Counted from the stretch's first letter, positions 38,149-47,592 are shown. The stretch is DNA of 64,000 nucleotides from an uncultured archaeon (GCA_964347045.1 CAYFXC010000010.1:21988-85987), one strand, 5' to 3'. Numbers and translations: made by a program. The notes: generated by a model from the letters alone, not told the origin.

Positions 38149-38676
38149 TTACTCAGGATAAAATTGGGGGAGAAGAAAACGGGGAAGCGCACAAATAACT
38201 GCATCACGAAGAACTTGAGTCCTGAGTAGCCGATTTTGTGTGAGAACTCCGATAATTCCTTCATTCTGAAAGAGGTTATTACTTCTCATTAACTTATCAA
38301 CGATCTTCTTACTTAAATCGGAGCTCGGATTTATTTGATCAACGATTGAATGAGATATTTCAACAGCAACTGATCGTGCGACACACATTTTGTTACCTTT
38401 TAAAACCGCAACAATAGCTTGAATGTAAAACGCGTTGTTAAATTTAAAAAGACCTCCTTCGATTCCCACACTGAAATCTGCCAAAGGTACTTTTTTATAA
38501 GCTTGTTTTGCGCGGTTAATTGCTCCCTGCAGAGTTTCTGCTTCTGTCATGGGAAATGGCTGAATTCCAGAATCCACGTTTATTGAAGAAATCGTTATTT
38601 TGTCGAAGTATAAACTGAAAGCTTGTCTGACTGCGGCGTGTTTAACAGGGTTTTTAGAACCAACTACGATTTGCAT
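38149..38676 (-). CDS. inosine/xanthosine triphosphatase (YjjX/DUF84-family NTPase)
   Basis: 'IVVGSKNPVKHAAVRQAF' and 'VGIEGG' are present. 175 aa. Confidence 0.8.
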   Translation of the reverse strand: MQIVVGSKNPVKHAAVRQAFSLYFDKITISSINVDSGIQPFPMTEAETLQGAINRAKQAYKKVPLADFSVGIEGGLFKFNNAFYIQAIVAVLKGNKMCVARSVAVEISHSIVDQINPSSDLSKKIVDKLMRSNNLFQNEGIIGVLTQNRLLRTQVLRDAVICALPRFLLPQFYPE

Positions 38677-38732
38677 AATGTTTTCGTTATGGGAACTCCC
38701 TTTAAAAGCTAGGTTGCTTGTAGTTATCGGTA

Positions 38733-39245
38733 TTAATCGGATTTTCGTAACCGAGCTTCACGTAATTGCTGATGAAGAAGTGAGCCCCGAGCTTTCAGGA
38801 GACGCATGATCTTTCGAATTGCATTTGATTTCAATTGGTAACTATAGATGTGTAGAGCTCCGAGGAATATCACGATTCCTCCGAGTATAAGTACAACTAG
38901 ACCTAAGGGTGCGCTGAGCAATGCAATAGTCCCTCCTTGAGTTATCAGAAGAACTACAATTCCAAGGAGAAAGAAACTAGCTGTATAAAACGCGATTATT
39001 GAAGCGATGAGTAACATCGGCCAGTAGGCAGTTCCTTCAAGTCGGGTTCCTTCTTTTTCTGCATAAAGGCGAAATCGAAGATGTTTCGCCATGGTCCAAG
39101 GAGACACACCTAACCAAGATCCTTGACGAACTTCAATAGCCTCTGGAGGAATCGTTTGTAAGATTTGACACTTGAAATCTAAAAGAATTCGTCGTAACTC
39201 GGTGTAGGCATTGTCCTGTGAAAGCTCCGTATACCCCTCAATCAT
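38733..39245 (-). CDS. membrane protein, function unknown
   Basis: 170 aa. It has a soluble N-terminal ~70 aa followed by 2-3 TM helices and a basic C-terminal tail. Confidence 0.55.
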   Translation of the reverse strand: MIEGYTELSQDNAYTELRRILLDFKCQILQTIPPEAIEVRQGSWLGVSPWTMAKHLRFRLYAEKEGTRLEGTAYWPMLLIASIIAFYTASFFLLGIVVLLITQGGTIALLSAPLGLVVLILGGIVIFLGALHIYSYQLKSNAIRKIMRLLKARGSLLHQQLREARLRKSD

Positions 39246-39301
39246 ATGATGCCTTGGCTCGATATGTTGTCTTTTACTTTTTCGTATGTGGTAGAGGGTT
39301 T

Positions 39302-39931
39302 TTAGTTCTTTGAGATGACTCCCAGAGGCATAAGCTCACGTTTAAAGACTTCATTGAGAAGTAGAGCAAAACCATAATAGATTCCGACAAATCCGCTAGC
39401 GATACCTTCCCATCCGGCAACCACGTTAATAACTGTGATTGCTGTCCCTTCATTGTGCCATGTTTCCCAAGCAAACCAATGGCCTAAGGCGACAAGCCAG
39501 AAGAAAATGGCAAGAAGAAAGAAAAAGACCTGTAACACACGATTTGTTTTCATTGAAGCTAAAAAAAACCAGAAGCTGAAAAATCCCCACAGAAAGAAGA
39601 AGGGGACCTGTACTAACATAGCTACGGCTGGTTCAGCAATAGAAGGCGCAAGGCCAAGAATTGGAAGAAAATAAATGAAAACGTATGAAAACCAAAAAGT
39701 TGCACCCAGAATTAACGTGGTTGCTCCAAAGGAGTTTCCAATTCTTAAGGACCACAAACCAGCAAGTAGTGGAGTAAAACCACCTGCAAATAATGCAGAG
39801 GCATAAATAACGCTTAACCCATTTATATCTACGATCTCAGCAAAAAAGAGGGATAAAAGAATGAGGGCAAACCCAAATCCTATTGCTCCAAATGCTAGGG
39901 GATTAGCAATCCGTTCATCACTCATACACAT
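39302..39931 (-). CDS. GPR1/FUN34/YaaH (SatP)-family acetate/succinate channel-like protein
   Basis: 209 aa with six hydrophobic helices. The N-terminal 'NPLAFGAIGFGFA' resembles the family NP[AV]P[LF]GL.GF signature. Confidence 0.55.
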   Translation of the reverse strand: MCMSDERIANPLAFGAIGFGFALILLSLFFAEIVDINGLSVIYASALFAGGFTPLLAGLWSLRIGNSFGATTLILGATFWFSYVFIYFLPILGLAPSIAEPAVAMLVQVPFFFLWGFFSFWFFLASMKTNRVLQVFFFLLAIFFWLVALGHWFAWETWHNEGTAITVINVVAGWEGIASGFVGIYYGFALLLNEVFKRELMPLGVISKN

Positions 39932-40037
39932 TCACCTAAAACCTAATTGTAAAGTTCTAAATCGGCGTTTTTCGTGTAGAATTATATAAGGCTTTACTGT
40001 GAACTTAAAACTGTTTAAAAAATAATAACCAATACGC

Positions 40038-40184
40038 TTACTTCTGTTCACGCTTCAAACGTTTATTCAAACGCATTTTATTACCTGTTGTCGTTGATTG
40101 ATGACGAGATAAGAAATTACAAAAATCAGAGAGAAAGCTCTTCTTTGTTGAATATTTCTTCACTTCTTTTCTTTTAGAAATCAT
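40038..40184 (-). CDS. possible 48-aa highly basic small protein (unannotated)
   Basis: I translated it by hand: MISKRKEVKKYSTKKSFLSDFCNFLSRHQSTTTGNKMRLNKRLKREQK. A strong SD 'AAGGGAGGGAG' ends 3 nt before the ATG. Confidence 0.35.
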   Translation of the reverse strand: MISKRKEVKKYSTKKSFLSDFCNFLSRHQSTTTGNKMRLNKRLKREQK

Positions 40185-40325
40185 GACTCCCTCCCTTAAA
40201 CTAACATTAAAAACCTAAAGATAAGTTTTTTCAAAGGTTTTTCAGATAGAAGCACAGAAAAATTGCCCAGGATGCCGATAGGGTCAATGTTTTAATTCGC
40301 GTTTTTTGTATACGCGATTGGGTAC

Positions 40326-41345
40326 TTGCAAGAATTACTAGTTGAAGGAAGGGCCTTGACTAAGCTGGATACAATACATAAACTGGCAATTCTAGGTGGA
40401 CTAGGAGCAGTATTGAGCCCTTTCATATCGCTCTTTGTTTCCGGAGGAAATATCAGAAATTACTGGATTTTTCAGATTTTAAATTTTTATAGCGTAGGTG
40501 TTGTAGTGTTCATCCTATTGCTCATCGCGAGCATTTTAGCAAGTATAATGGCAGTCCGTGCAGCGAATTTTGTTTCCAAGATGCCCCAACGTGCAGCCTC
40601 TGATCTCAAAGCCTCTGGCATCCTTATCCTAATCGTTGGGATAATCTCATTGACCAATGTACTAGCGGTAATATCAGGAATTCTCATACTTGCGGTAGGT
40701 GTAGAATGTGATGCCATTTGGAAGAAGATTCAACACGCCCGAACTCAAACGGGTTGGCCCTACGTAACAGTTGCTACAGCAGCAGGAAGTACATGGGCTC
40801 GACGAACTTCCTGTGAATTCTGTGGAGCCCCTTTAGTAATTAAAAAGGCAACTGCCCGTGAACATCTCATCCTTATTGAAACCCAGTGTCCTCTTGATAA
40901 CACATTCGATACTGTACAACTCCCCCTTTCTCGCTTAGATTCATGGACAGCCGTCGCGGCAGATCGACTTCATCGATGTGAAAAATGTGGAAACCGAACT
41001 GCGGCTCTTATTATGATCGGACAATCTGGAGTAACGACCAGCTTACAGGCTTATTGCCCCAGAGGACATAGTAATCGAACTTACCGAAAAGTTTGGACAC
41101 CTCTATACCCTCATATAGCCCAAACGCCAAGTGTAAATCTTGGATTCCAAGGTAGACCAAAGCGGTACCAATTTCAATCAATATTTCAAGATCATTATCG
41201 AAGCACCTTTACACAACCTATACCCATATCTTCTAGAAAATCAGGTCTTACATACTCCGAATCGATTGGATTCTGCACTCAATGTGGAGTCAAAATCGAA
41301 CTATCCGATACCTACTGCTTCAGATGTGGGCATCAAATAAACTAA
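40326..41345 (+). CDS. membrane protein (N-terminal TM region) with a double zinc-ribbon module and a C-terminal DZR-type zinc ribbon
   Basis: 339 aa with a TTG start and 3-4 TM helices. It then has 'CEFCG...CPLD...RCEKCGN...CPRGHS' and the terminal 'FCTQCGVKIELSDTYCFRCGHQI'. Confidence 0.7.
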   Translation: MQELLVEGRALTKLDTIHKLAILGGLGAVLSPFISLFVSGGNIRNYWIFQILNFYSVGVVVFILLLIASILASIMAVRAANFVSKMPQRAASDLKASGILILIVGIISLTNVLAVISGILILAVGVECDAIWKKIQHARTQTGWPYVTVATAAGSTWARRTSCEFCGAPLVIKKATAREHLILIETQCPLDNTFDTVQLPLSRLDSWTAVAADRLHRCEKCGNRTAALIMIGQSGVTTSLQAYCPRGHSNRTYRKVWTPLYPHIAQTPSVNLGFQGRPKRYQFQSIFQDHYRSTFTQPIPISSRKSGLTYSESIGFCTQCGVKIELSDTYCFRCGHQIN

Positions 41346-41881
41346 TGGTGAAAATCATGGTCCAAGCAGCAATCGAAGCAAACTTCACCTGCTCTTGTGG
41401 AACTCCATTCATTGTTATGACTTTGGATCCTGCTCCTAATGACAAAATCTCAGGATTATTAGTATGTCCCAGACATAAAGTGGGCCATCATATTACTCTA
41501 GACCATTCGGGCCTTGATCTCTGGGTTGGAGTTGTTGCAGACCACCTCTATCGTTGTGCATTATGTGGAAGAGAGTTACCACCAGCTACAGCTGTGAGTT
41601 CCTCGGAAGTAGCAACAACATTCACACTCAACTGTCCCGTACACAGCACCCAAAATAACACCCGAACTGTTTGGAGTGTTATACACCGAAGACTTCTTTC
41701 CGAAATTCAACACCGTCGAGTACCACCAGAACCACCCGAAACTCCAACCCAATCTGAAGAACCAAAAACGCGACCAGCCGTTGAATCTGCTGAACCCAAA
41801 GCTATTTACTGTCCTCAATGTGGTAAGAAAATCCGCCCGAATGATAATTTCTGTTTTCAATGCGGAAGTGCTATCGATTAG
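41345..41881 (+). CDS. soluble paralog of the 40326-41345 zinc-ribbon module protein
   Basis: The start ATG overlaps the upstream stop (TAATG). It aligns with the upstream protein: 'LDLWVGVVADHLYRCALCG' vs 'LDSWTAVAADRLHRCEKCG', 'CPVHSTQNNTRTVWS' vs 'CPRGHSNRTYRKVWT', and terminal 'YCPQCGKKIRPNDNFCFQCGSAI'. Confidence 0.7.
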   Translation: MVKIMVQAAIEANFTCSCGTPFIVMTLDPAPNDKISGLLVCPRHKVGHHITLDHSGLDLWVGVVADHLYRCALCGRELPPATAVSSSEVATTFTLNCPVHSTQNNTRTVWSVIHRRLLSEIQHRRVPPEPPETPTQSEEPKTRPAVESAEPKAIYCPQCGKKIRPNDNFCFQCGSAID

Positions 41882-41920
41882 TTTGGGCAATTATACTACA
41901 GGAGCTCCTAATACTTTGGA

Positions 41921-43501
41921 TTACGCGGAGTCAAAAAATGCTTTACCAAAGGAATGAAACAAAAGCTGTTTTATCATAGGAGCCGCTGGATTTCCTCTGG
42001 CATATAAAAAATAAACTAGGCTACCAAAAAGGGGTACTAGAAGACTGCTGGAAAATGCCTTCCATGAATTCATCGTCAAGGGAGGTCTCCAGACATCAAG
42101 GTTTAACTTCCACGAACGAGTAAACACTTCCCATTGTAAATCAGTCAATGCTTCGATTTCTGGTCGACTTCCTTCACTTAGAATAGATGGACGCAAAGGA
42201 ACCCAAAGAAGTGGTGTTACAAACAGTTTCATTCCTTTAATATCATCAAGAAGTTCTAGTGTAGCATTCACATCCTTTTCTTCTTCTCCAGGTAATCCAA
42301 CGAGCCATGTAGTAAGGGGAAACCATCGATTATCATTAAGTATACCGATGGATTGTTTCACAATGTCAGGCCATTCTTCAGGAGTAAAAGGTAAAGCTTT
42401 ACCTGCCATCCGCTGTTTGAACAAGCGTACGCTCCCAGTTTCAACTCCAGCTTCAGCAGTAACATAAGGCTTACCTCCATGCTTGTACCGACCACGAGTT
42501 ACAAGAAGTTCTGCAACCTCTTCCAAACACTTTGGATCTGTAACCACTGGAGCCAATGCAATGTGAGCTGGTTGAATGTATTTTAAGTCCGGAACTTCGA
42601 CCAGTTTAGCAATTAAATCAACAATCGCTTTACGATTGGGAATAAATCGTGATGATTTAAGACCATAGAGAAAAAGATCTTCAGTGGCGAGGATGGCCAT
42701 CTCATTTCCCGCTTCAGTGTTTGCTACAACTTCCTTTAAGATATGATCAATAGGAAGGGAAAATCTTCGTCGCTGTGTCGGAGAGCAAAATTGGCATCCA
42801 CGACCACACCCACGGGTAATTTCCACCGTGCCGTGAAGGGAACCTCCACGAATGATAGGAATTTCTTCTGGTGATCGGAGAACTCCGCCAACGATAGTTG
42901 GTAGTAGATTTTCACCATTCACTGCTTGATGAAAAAGGTTCAAGACATTAGGACCAACCTCGCCAGTAACTACACTATCGATACCCAAGGTTTTCCGGGC
43001 AGCTGGTCCCGCAACCTGCCATGCTCCAGCACCCCCCACAATCACTTTCGCTTGTCCTCGATCATGAACTTTAGCGATTGTCGTCTTTCGAAGGAGGTGA
43101 CGGAACTCTTTGCGGTTTCGTGGTTCACTTCCAAGTGCAAACATATTCGAATAAGTCAAACTAACATAGGCGATCCCGAGAGGATCCATGCTTGAAACGC
43201 CCACAACGCGGGTATCAGGTCCAATAAATTGTTTCAGATTCTTTGGATGAACCACAGCAAGATCAGATTCATTAAAACCATTATCTAGAAGCAAGGCTTC
43301 AATCTTTCTTAACCCATAGGGAGCAATTCTAGCCCGACCATTTGGCAAATCAGACTCTTTGGGCATATAGAGGGGTTTGAGAAAACTAGGAATTAGAAGA
43401 AAAGATCCCGCGAAAGCTCCAAATGGGTCATCACCAAAATGGCTCATTTCAATTTCTGAAGCAGTCAAAACGATTTTAATACCATTCTTTGGAGGAACCA
43501 T
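41921..43501 (-). CDS. radical SAM domain protein (large, with an N-terminal extension)
   Basis: The canonical CX3CX2C motif 'TRGCGRGCQFC' is present. 526 aa. Confidence 0.8.
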   Translation of the reverse strand: MVPPKNGIKIVLTASEIEMSHFGDDPFGAFAGSFLLIPSFLKPLYMPKESDLPNGRARIAPYGLRKIEALLLDNGFNESDLAVVHPKNLKQFIGPDTRVVGVSSMDPLGIAYVSLTYSNMFALGSEPRNRKEFRHLLRKTTIAKVHDRGQAKVIVGGAGAWQVAGPAARKTLGIDSVVTGEVGPNVLNLFHQAVNGENLLPTIVGGVLRSPEEIPIIRGGSLHGTVEITRGCGRGCQFCSPTQRRRFSLPIDHILKEVVANTEAGNEMAILATEDLFLYGLKSSRFIPNRKAIVDLIAKLVEVPDLKYIQPAHIALAPVVTDPKCLEEVAELLVTRGRYKHGGKPYVTAEAGVETGSVRLFKQRMAGKALPFTPEEWPDIVKQSIGILNDNRWFPLTTWLVGLPGEEEKDVNATLELLDDIKGMKLFVTPLLWVPLRPSILSEGSRPEIEALTDLQWEVFTRSWKLNLDVWRPPLTMNSWKAFSSSLLVPLFGSLVYFLYARGNPAAPMIKQLLFHSFGKAFFDSA

Positions 43502-43747
43502 GAGACGACCTCAGACGGGAATCGCAGCCCGTGAATGTGCTTTTTCAGCAAAAAAAGCTTCTGCATTTATTTAAGAAATATCACCCAAATCCTTCGTCTT
43601 ACAAACTTCATTGGAAAAAAATTCCTTAAAAAGAAGGTTCTAAAATTCAATTGAGATAAACTTGTGGTTTTTTTCATAAATAATTAAGATTTCTCAAAAT
43701 GAGTTTTTAAGTTCATGAGTGTTTGGCGAGCATCCAATCGAATTTGT

Positions 43748-44146
43748 TCATCGGGTTGTTGTCGTGTTTTTCATCGATTCTCCGACCCAAAAAACTTCGG
43801 GGGGGCCATATGTAATCTCGCAAGTGAGATGTGTTCCACTTGCAGTGTGTTCAAAAAACCATTTCGCATCTTGAAAAGGTTGCCTCGACGATGATCGGAC
43901 ATGCAAGGATCTTCCAAGCTGAATTTCAACGACTTCCAATTCCTGAGTGAAACGAAAATCTTTAACGCTGATTTCCATCGCAAATCGTGCTCCCACACCC
44001 CAGAGGGCTTCGGTGGTTGGATCATAGCTTGTTACTGATGTGATGAATTTTGGGACGTTTCGATGATTGACAGCATATTAGAACAACTGTTCAAGAGGGG
44101 CAATGATTTCGATATTTTCGCTAATTTCTGTCTTTTTTGTTTCCCA
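43748..44146 (-). pseudogene. degraded SRPBCC (START/polyketide-cyclase-like) gene with an in-frame TAA and no start codon
   Basis: My hand translation of the minus strand gives ..IWETKKTEISENIEIIAPLEQLF*YAVNHRNVPKFITSVTSYDPTTEALWGVGARFAMEISVKDF...FEHTASGTHLTCEITY.. The stop lies at 44078-44080. There is no ATG, GTG or TTG in frame upstream of it. Confidence 0.5.
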
Positions 44147-44178
44147 TATAGGTAGCGTAACTTCTGGGTTCTTAAGAT

Positions 44179-45513
44179 TTAGCGGTGTAAGTATTGTTCC
44201 CATTCCCAGTCTGTGACTGTTCCATGAATGTATTTATACCATTCAGCTTTTCGGATTTGTTGGTAAAGATCAAAGAATTCAGAACCGATCACCTCAATAA
44301 GAACAGCATCCTTTTGAAGGGACTGAAGAGCGCCATCTAGAGTGTCCGGGAGCTGTTGGATTTTCAATTGACTTAGGTGTTTCCTTGATAGGTGATAGAC
44401 ATCCTCTATAACTGGCTCAGGAGCCTTGAGTTTTTTTTCTATGCCATCCATACCCGCGCCTAGTAGCACCGGAAATAGCAGGTAAGGGTTTGTTAGAGGA
44501 TCGGGTGAGCGAAACTCAATAGCTGCTTTTTCTGCACTTGTAAAGAGAGGAATTCGAATTAGTGCAGATCGATTGAGATATCCCCAAGTAATGTATACTG
44601 GAGCTTCGAATCCAGGAACCAAGCGCTTGAAGGAATTTACTGTTGGATTGGCTAGAGCAGTGATTGCTGGAGCATGGTGCATAAGTCCTGCCACAAAATG
44701 ATAGCCAGTCTCTGTGAGAGTCCCATCAGATTTTCCAAGGAGATTCTGATTACCCTTCCATAGTTGAAGGTGCACATGCAAACCACTTCCTGCTTGGCTA
44801 GGAAAAGGTTTGGGCATAAAACTGACCTCTACATCATAGAGTGCTGCACGTCGACGTAGGAGGAGTTTGAAGAGTGTGAAATTATCAGCAGCACGTCCCA
44901 ATTCTGTGAACGCAAGTTCGATTTCCTGTTGGCTTTGTCCATGTTCGGAATGGACCCAGGCTATTTCGATTCCTATTGCCCGCAAATCGAGCGCGGTCTC
45001 CAAAAGGAGGTCCATGCTTTGATTTTCTGGAAAAATGTCTGCATAGCCAGCCGTGTCGAGAGGCACTCCATCCTCTGTGAGGAAATAGAATTCAGGTTCA
45101 AGTTTAACTCGCATCTGTAAACCTTTTGCTGCGAGTTGTTCTAAACTTCGCTTGAGAATAGTTCTTGGCGCATGTGGATGAGGAATAAGATGTCCATCTG
45201 CACCACGCTGAAAAACATCAGAAATTACAATAGCGCGCCGTGGAACACTATTTGGCAATTCTTGGAGTGTGGAATTATCCGGAACAAGCTGGAGATCTGA
45301 TGAAGTAATCGATGCGAGTCCTTTCACAGATGAACCATCGATACCACAACCGGGAACATGTGCTGACCCTTTTTTAAACGCGTTTACAGAATCAACCGGG
45401 TGGATAGGGACAGTCATTCCTTTCGGTACTCCGTCGATATCAACTGTAAGCAATTCAACAAAATGGAGTTTGCCTCGACCTTCAGGGGAATTCGTTTCTT
45501 CGGGCATACGCAT
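44179..45513 (-). CDS. glnA: glutamine synthetase, type I
   Basis: 444 aa. 'FMPKPF..QAGSGLHVHLQLW', 'NSFKRLVPG.EAP' and 'RSPDP..NPYL' are present. Confidence 0.95.
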   Translation of the reverse strand: MRMPEETNSPEGRGKLHFVELLTVDIDGVPKGMTVPIHPVDSVNAFKKGSAHVPGCGIDGSSVKGLASITSSDLQLVPDNSTLQELPNSVPRRAIVISDVFQRGADGHLIPHPHAPRTILKRSLEQLAAKGLQMRVKLEPEFYFLTEDGVPLDTAGYADIFPENQSMDLLLETALDLRAIGIEIAWVHSEHGQSQQEIELAFTELGRAADNFTLFKLLLRRRAALYDVEVSFMPKPFPSQAGSGLHVHLQLWKGNQNLLGKSDGTLTETGYHFVAGLMHHAPAITALANPTVNSFKRLVPGFEAPVYITWGYLNRSALIRIPLFTSAEKAAIEFRSPDPLTNPYLLFPVLLGAGMDGIEKKLKAPEPVIEDVYHLSRKHLSQLKIQQLPDTLDGALQSLQKDAVLIEVIGSEFFDLYQQIRKAEWYKYIHGTVTDWEWEQYLHR

Positions 45514-45633
45514 TACCTCAGTCGACGTTTGAGAAGATAGAACTGGGATGTTGGCTTTTAAATCTCCATCGCAAGTTTATCTGTCGAACATTCCAGTGTA
45601 GATTAGGATAAGTTTATTGGGGAAAACTCTACT

Positions 45634-47592
45634 TTGAGCATGAAGACGGTGCGTTGCATGAAAGGGGCGCGACCAAAAATCCTTCCACTACTTCTCTCGC
45701 TGCTCCTAATTCCTTCCTTCACAATATTTGGCACCTCATATGTTGTTTCTCAGCCAATTGACTCAATTCCTCAGACAAGGTTGTATAACCCATCACTGAA
45801 CTTAACAAAAGTATCAAAGACACGCACACTATTGGCAAATGAAAATCCTCCACGAAACTGGACAGTACTTGTGTACATGGCAGCCGATAATGACCAGCAT
45901 TTTCCCGCTTTTGATAACATTAACGAAATGGAAATAGTTGGATCGACTCAACAAGTTAACATCATTGTATATGTTGACTTCCTAACCAATAGCACTCAAT
46001 TTGGTGCAGGCGCTTATACTTTCAATATTACGCGAGATTCACCCCTGGCCAATAGTTCAATCAATTCGCAACCACTAAACACACCACTTCCTACTGAACC
46101 AAACATGGGAGATCCCACAACTCTCCTTGCATTTATTCAATTTGCTCAGAACTATTCCCAAGCAGAACATTATATGCTGATAATCTGGGATAAGGGAACA
46201 GGCTACACCGGTGTTTGTTTTGATGAAACCAGTGGGGGTGATCGTCTTCTTCCTCAGGAGATAGCTCTAGTTTTAGAAAATAATACTATTGAGCCGATCA
46301 GCATCACTGCCTTTGATGCTTCCCTCATGGGACAGATCGAACTAGCATATGAGCTTCAAGAAGGAACAGAATATATAATCTTCTCAGAAGAAACCATTCC
46401 AAATCAACATTTCCCCTATCATACTTTTTTGAACAGCCTTATTCTTCAAGAAGATTCAAGTCCATTCCTGCTCGCAAAAGAAGTTGTTGACCGATATATC
46501 GAGGCTTATTCACCAGGCGGCACATACTATTCTGATTTTTCTATTCCTCCATCAACTCTGTGCCTTTCGGTCATTAACACTTCCATGATGCCCACTGTCT
46601 TTACATGGTTTAATCAAGCCATTAACTGGTTAAATACCAGCTATAATATATACAGGTCTTATTCTGGAATATGCAAATCAAGAGGTTTAACACAGCAATT
46701 TAGTGTCGCTCATTACATTGACTTAGGAACCTTCGCCTACCAATTACTACAATGGGTACCGGATCTAACGTTCCAAAATTTTGTTGAGAATCTCAGCATC
46801 AGTATTCAATCGGCAGTTTCTTACCAATTGCACCTTTCGGGTTCACCCGGAGCTACTGGATTAGGCATTAATTTTAATTACTATGATCCAGTCCCACTTT
46901 CATTTCTCAATAACTCGGCCTATGAAGACGTTATTACCAAATTGTTTACACTTGGTGAAACTGCAGACACTTCAATTCTTTCATTATCATTAGGTCCCAT
47001 TTTTGGTTATCTCGATGGAAAAGCCGACTCAGTATATTTTAGATTTTCTCCTCAAATCGCTGTTGAACACACTGTCATACTAACTGCTTTTCAAAACGTT
47101 GATGAAGACTTTGACCTTTATTTGTATGACAGTAATCTGAATTTATTAACACGAGCTGTTGGTATAACTTCAGATGAAGCTGTGCAATGGTCCCTAATTC
47201 CTGGACAACTTTACTATATCCAAATTTTTTCAAATCCGAGAGCTGACATCACATATGGATTAGGTTCATTTGAAATCATAATTAATCCAAGTTTTCCAGT
47301 TAATCCAGCGTCAGTGGTAATACAGATTGGTATCTTTACCATTATTCTCTGCATCATTCTGTTCATTATATACATTATTTGGCGGAACTGGGAAAACATT
47401 AAACGGGCAATCGAAAGCTATCAAATTAGGCGAATGGCAAAGCGGATCCAAACCGAAGCAACCACGGAAACTGGATCCCCAACTTCTACATCAACATGCG
47501 AAAAATGTAGCGAAGTATTACCTGAAGATGCAAAATTCTGTTCAAATTGTGGAGAAACCTTTGAAGAACCTTCAGAAAATCCCAAAGATTAA
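45634..47592 (+). CDS. clostripain (C11)-like surface protein with substituted catalytic dyad, PPC-like domain, TM anchor and cytoplasmic zinc ribbon
   Basis: It has a signal/anchor sequence. The C11-like blocks are 'NWTVLVYMAADND', 'LIIWDKGTGYTG' (Lys187 where the family has His) and 'ITAFDASLMGQIELAYEL' (Ser230 where the family has Cys). It also has 'DEDFDLYLYD', the TM helix 'IGIFTIILCIILFIIYIIW' and 'CEKCSEVLPEDAKFCSNCG'. Confidence 0.7.
   Translation: MSMKTVRCMKGARPKILPLLLSLLLIPSFTIFGTSYVVSQPIDSIPQTRLYNPSLNLTKVSKTRTLLANENPPRNWTVLVYMAADNDQHFPAFDNINEMEIVGSTQQVNIIVYVDFLTNSTQFGAGAYTFNITRDSPLANSSINSQPLNTPLPTEPNMGDPTTLLAFIQFAQNYSQAEHYMLIIWDKGTGYTGVCFDETSGGDRLLPQEIALVLENNTIEPISITAFDASLMGQIELAYELQEGTEYIIFSEETIPNQHFPYHTFLNSLILQEDSSPFLLAKEVVDRYIEAYSPGGTYYSDFSIPPSTLCLSVINTSMMPTVFTWFNQAINWLNTSYNIYRSYSGICKSRGLTQQFSVAHYIDLGTFAYQLLQWVPDLTFQNFVENLSISIQSAVSYQLHLSGSPGATGLGINFNYYDPVPLSFLNNSAYEDVITKLFTLGETADTSILSLSLGPIFGYLDGKADSVYFRFSPQIAVEHTVILTAFQNVDEDFDLYLYDSNLNLLTRAVGITSDEAVQWSLIPGQLYYIQIFSNPRADITYGLGSFEIIINPSFPVNPASVVIQIGIFTIILCIILFIIYIIWRNWENIKRAIESYQIRRMAKRIQTEATTETGSPTSTSTCEKCSEVLPEDAKFCSNCGETFEEPSENPKD

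Noticed and set aside
37791-38264. 157-aa minus-strand ORF overlapping the Mut7-C gene and the yjjX-like gene end
   Set aside because: The overlapping plus-strand ORF has clear Mut7-C and zinc-ribbon motifs. This ORF has none and would overlap two genes.
41282-41344. Upstream extension of the second zinc-ribbon gene
   Set aside because: It lies inside the preceding gene's C-terminal coding region. The TAATG overlap at 41345 is the more economical start.
43771-44025. 84-aa alternative-frame ORF in the SRPBCC remnant region
   Set aside because: The other frame carries the SRPBCC-like sequence, and this frame has no recognisable features.
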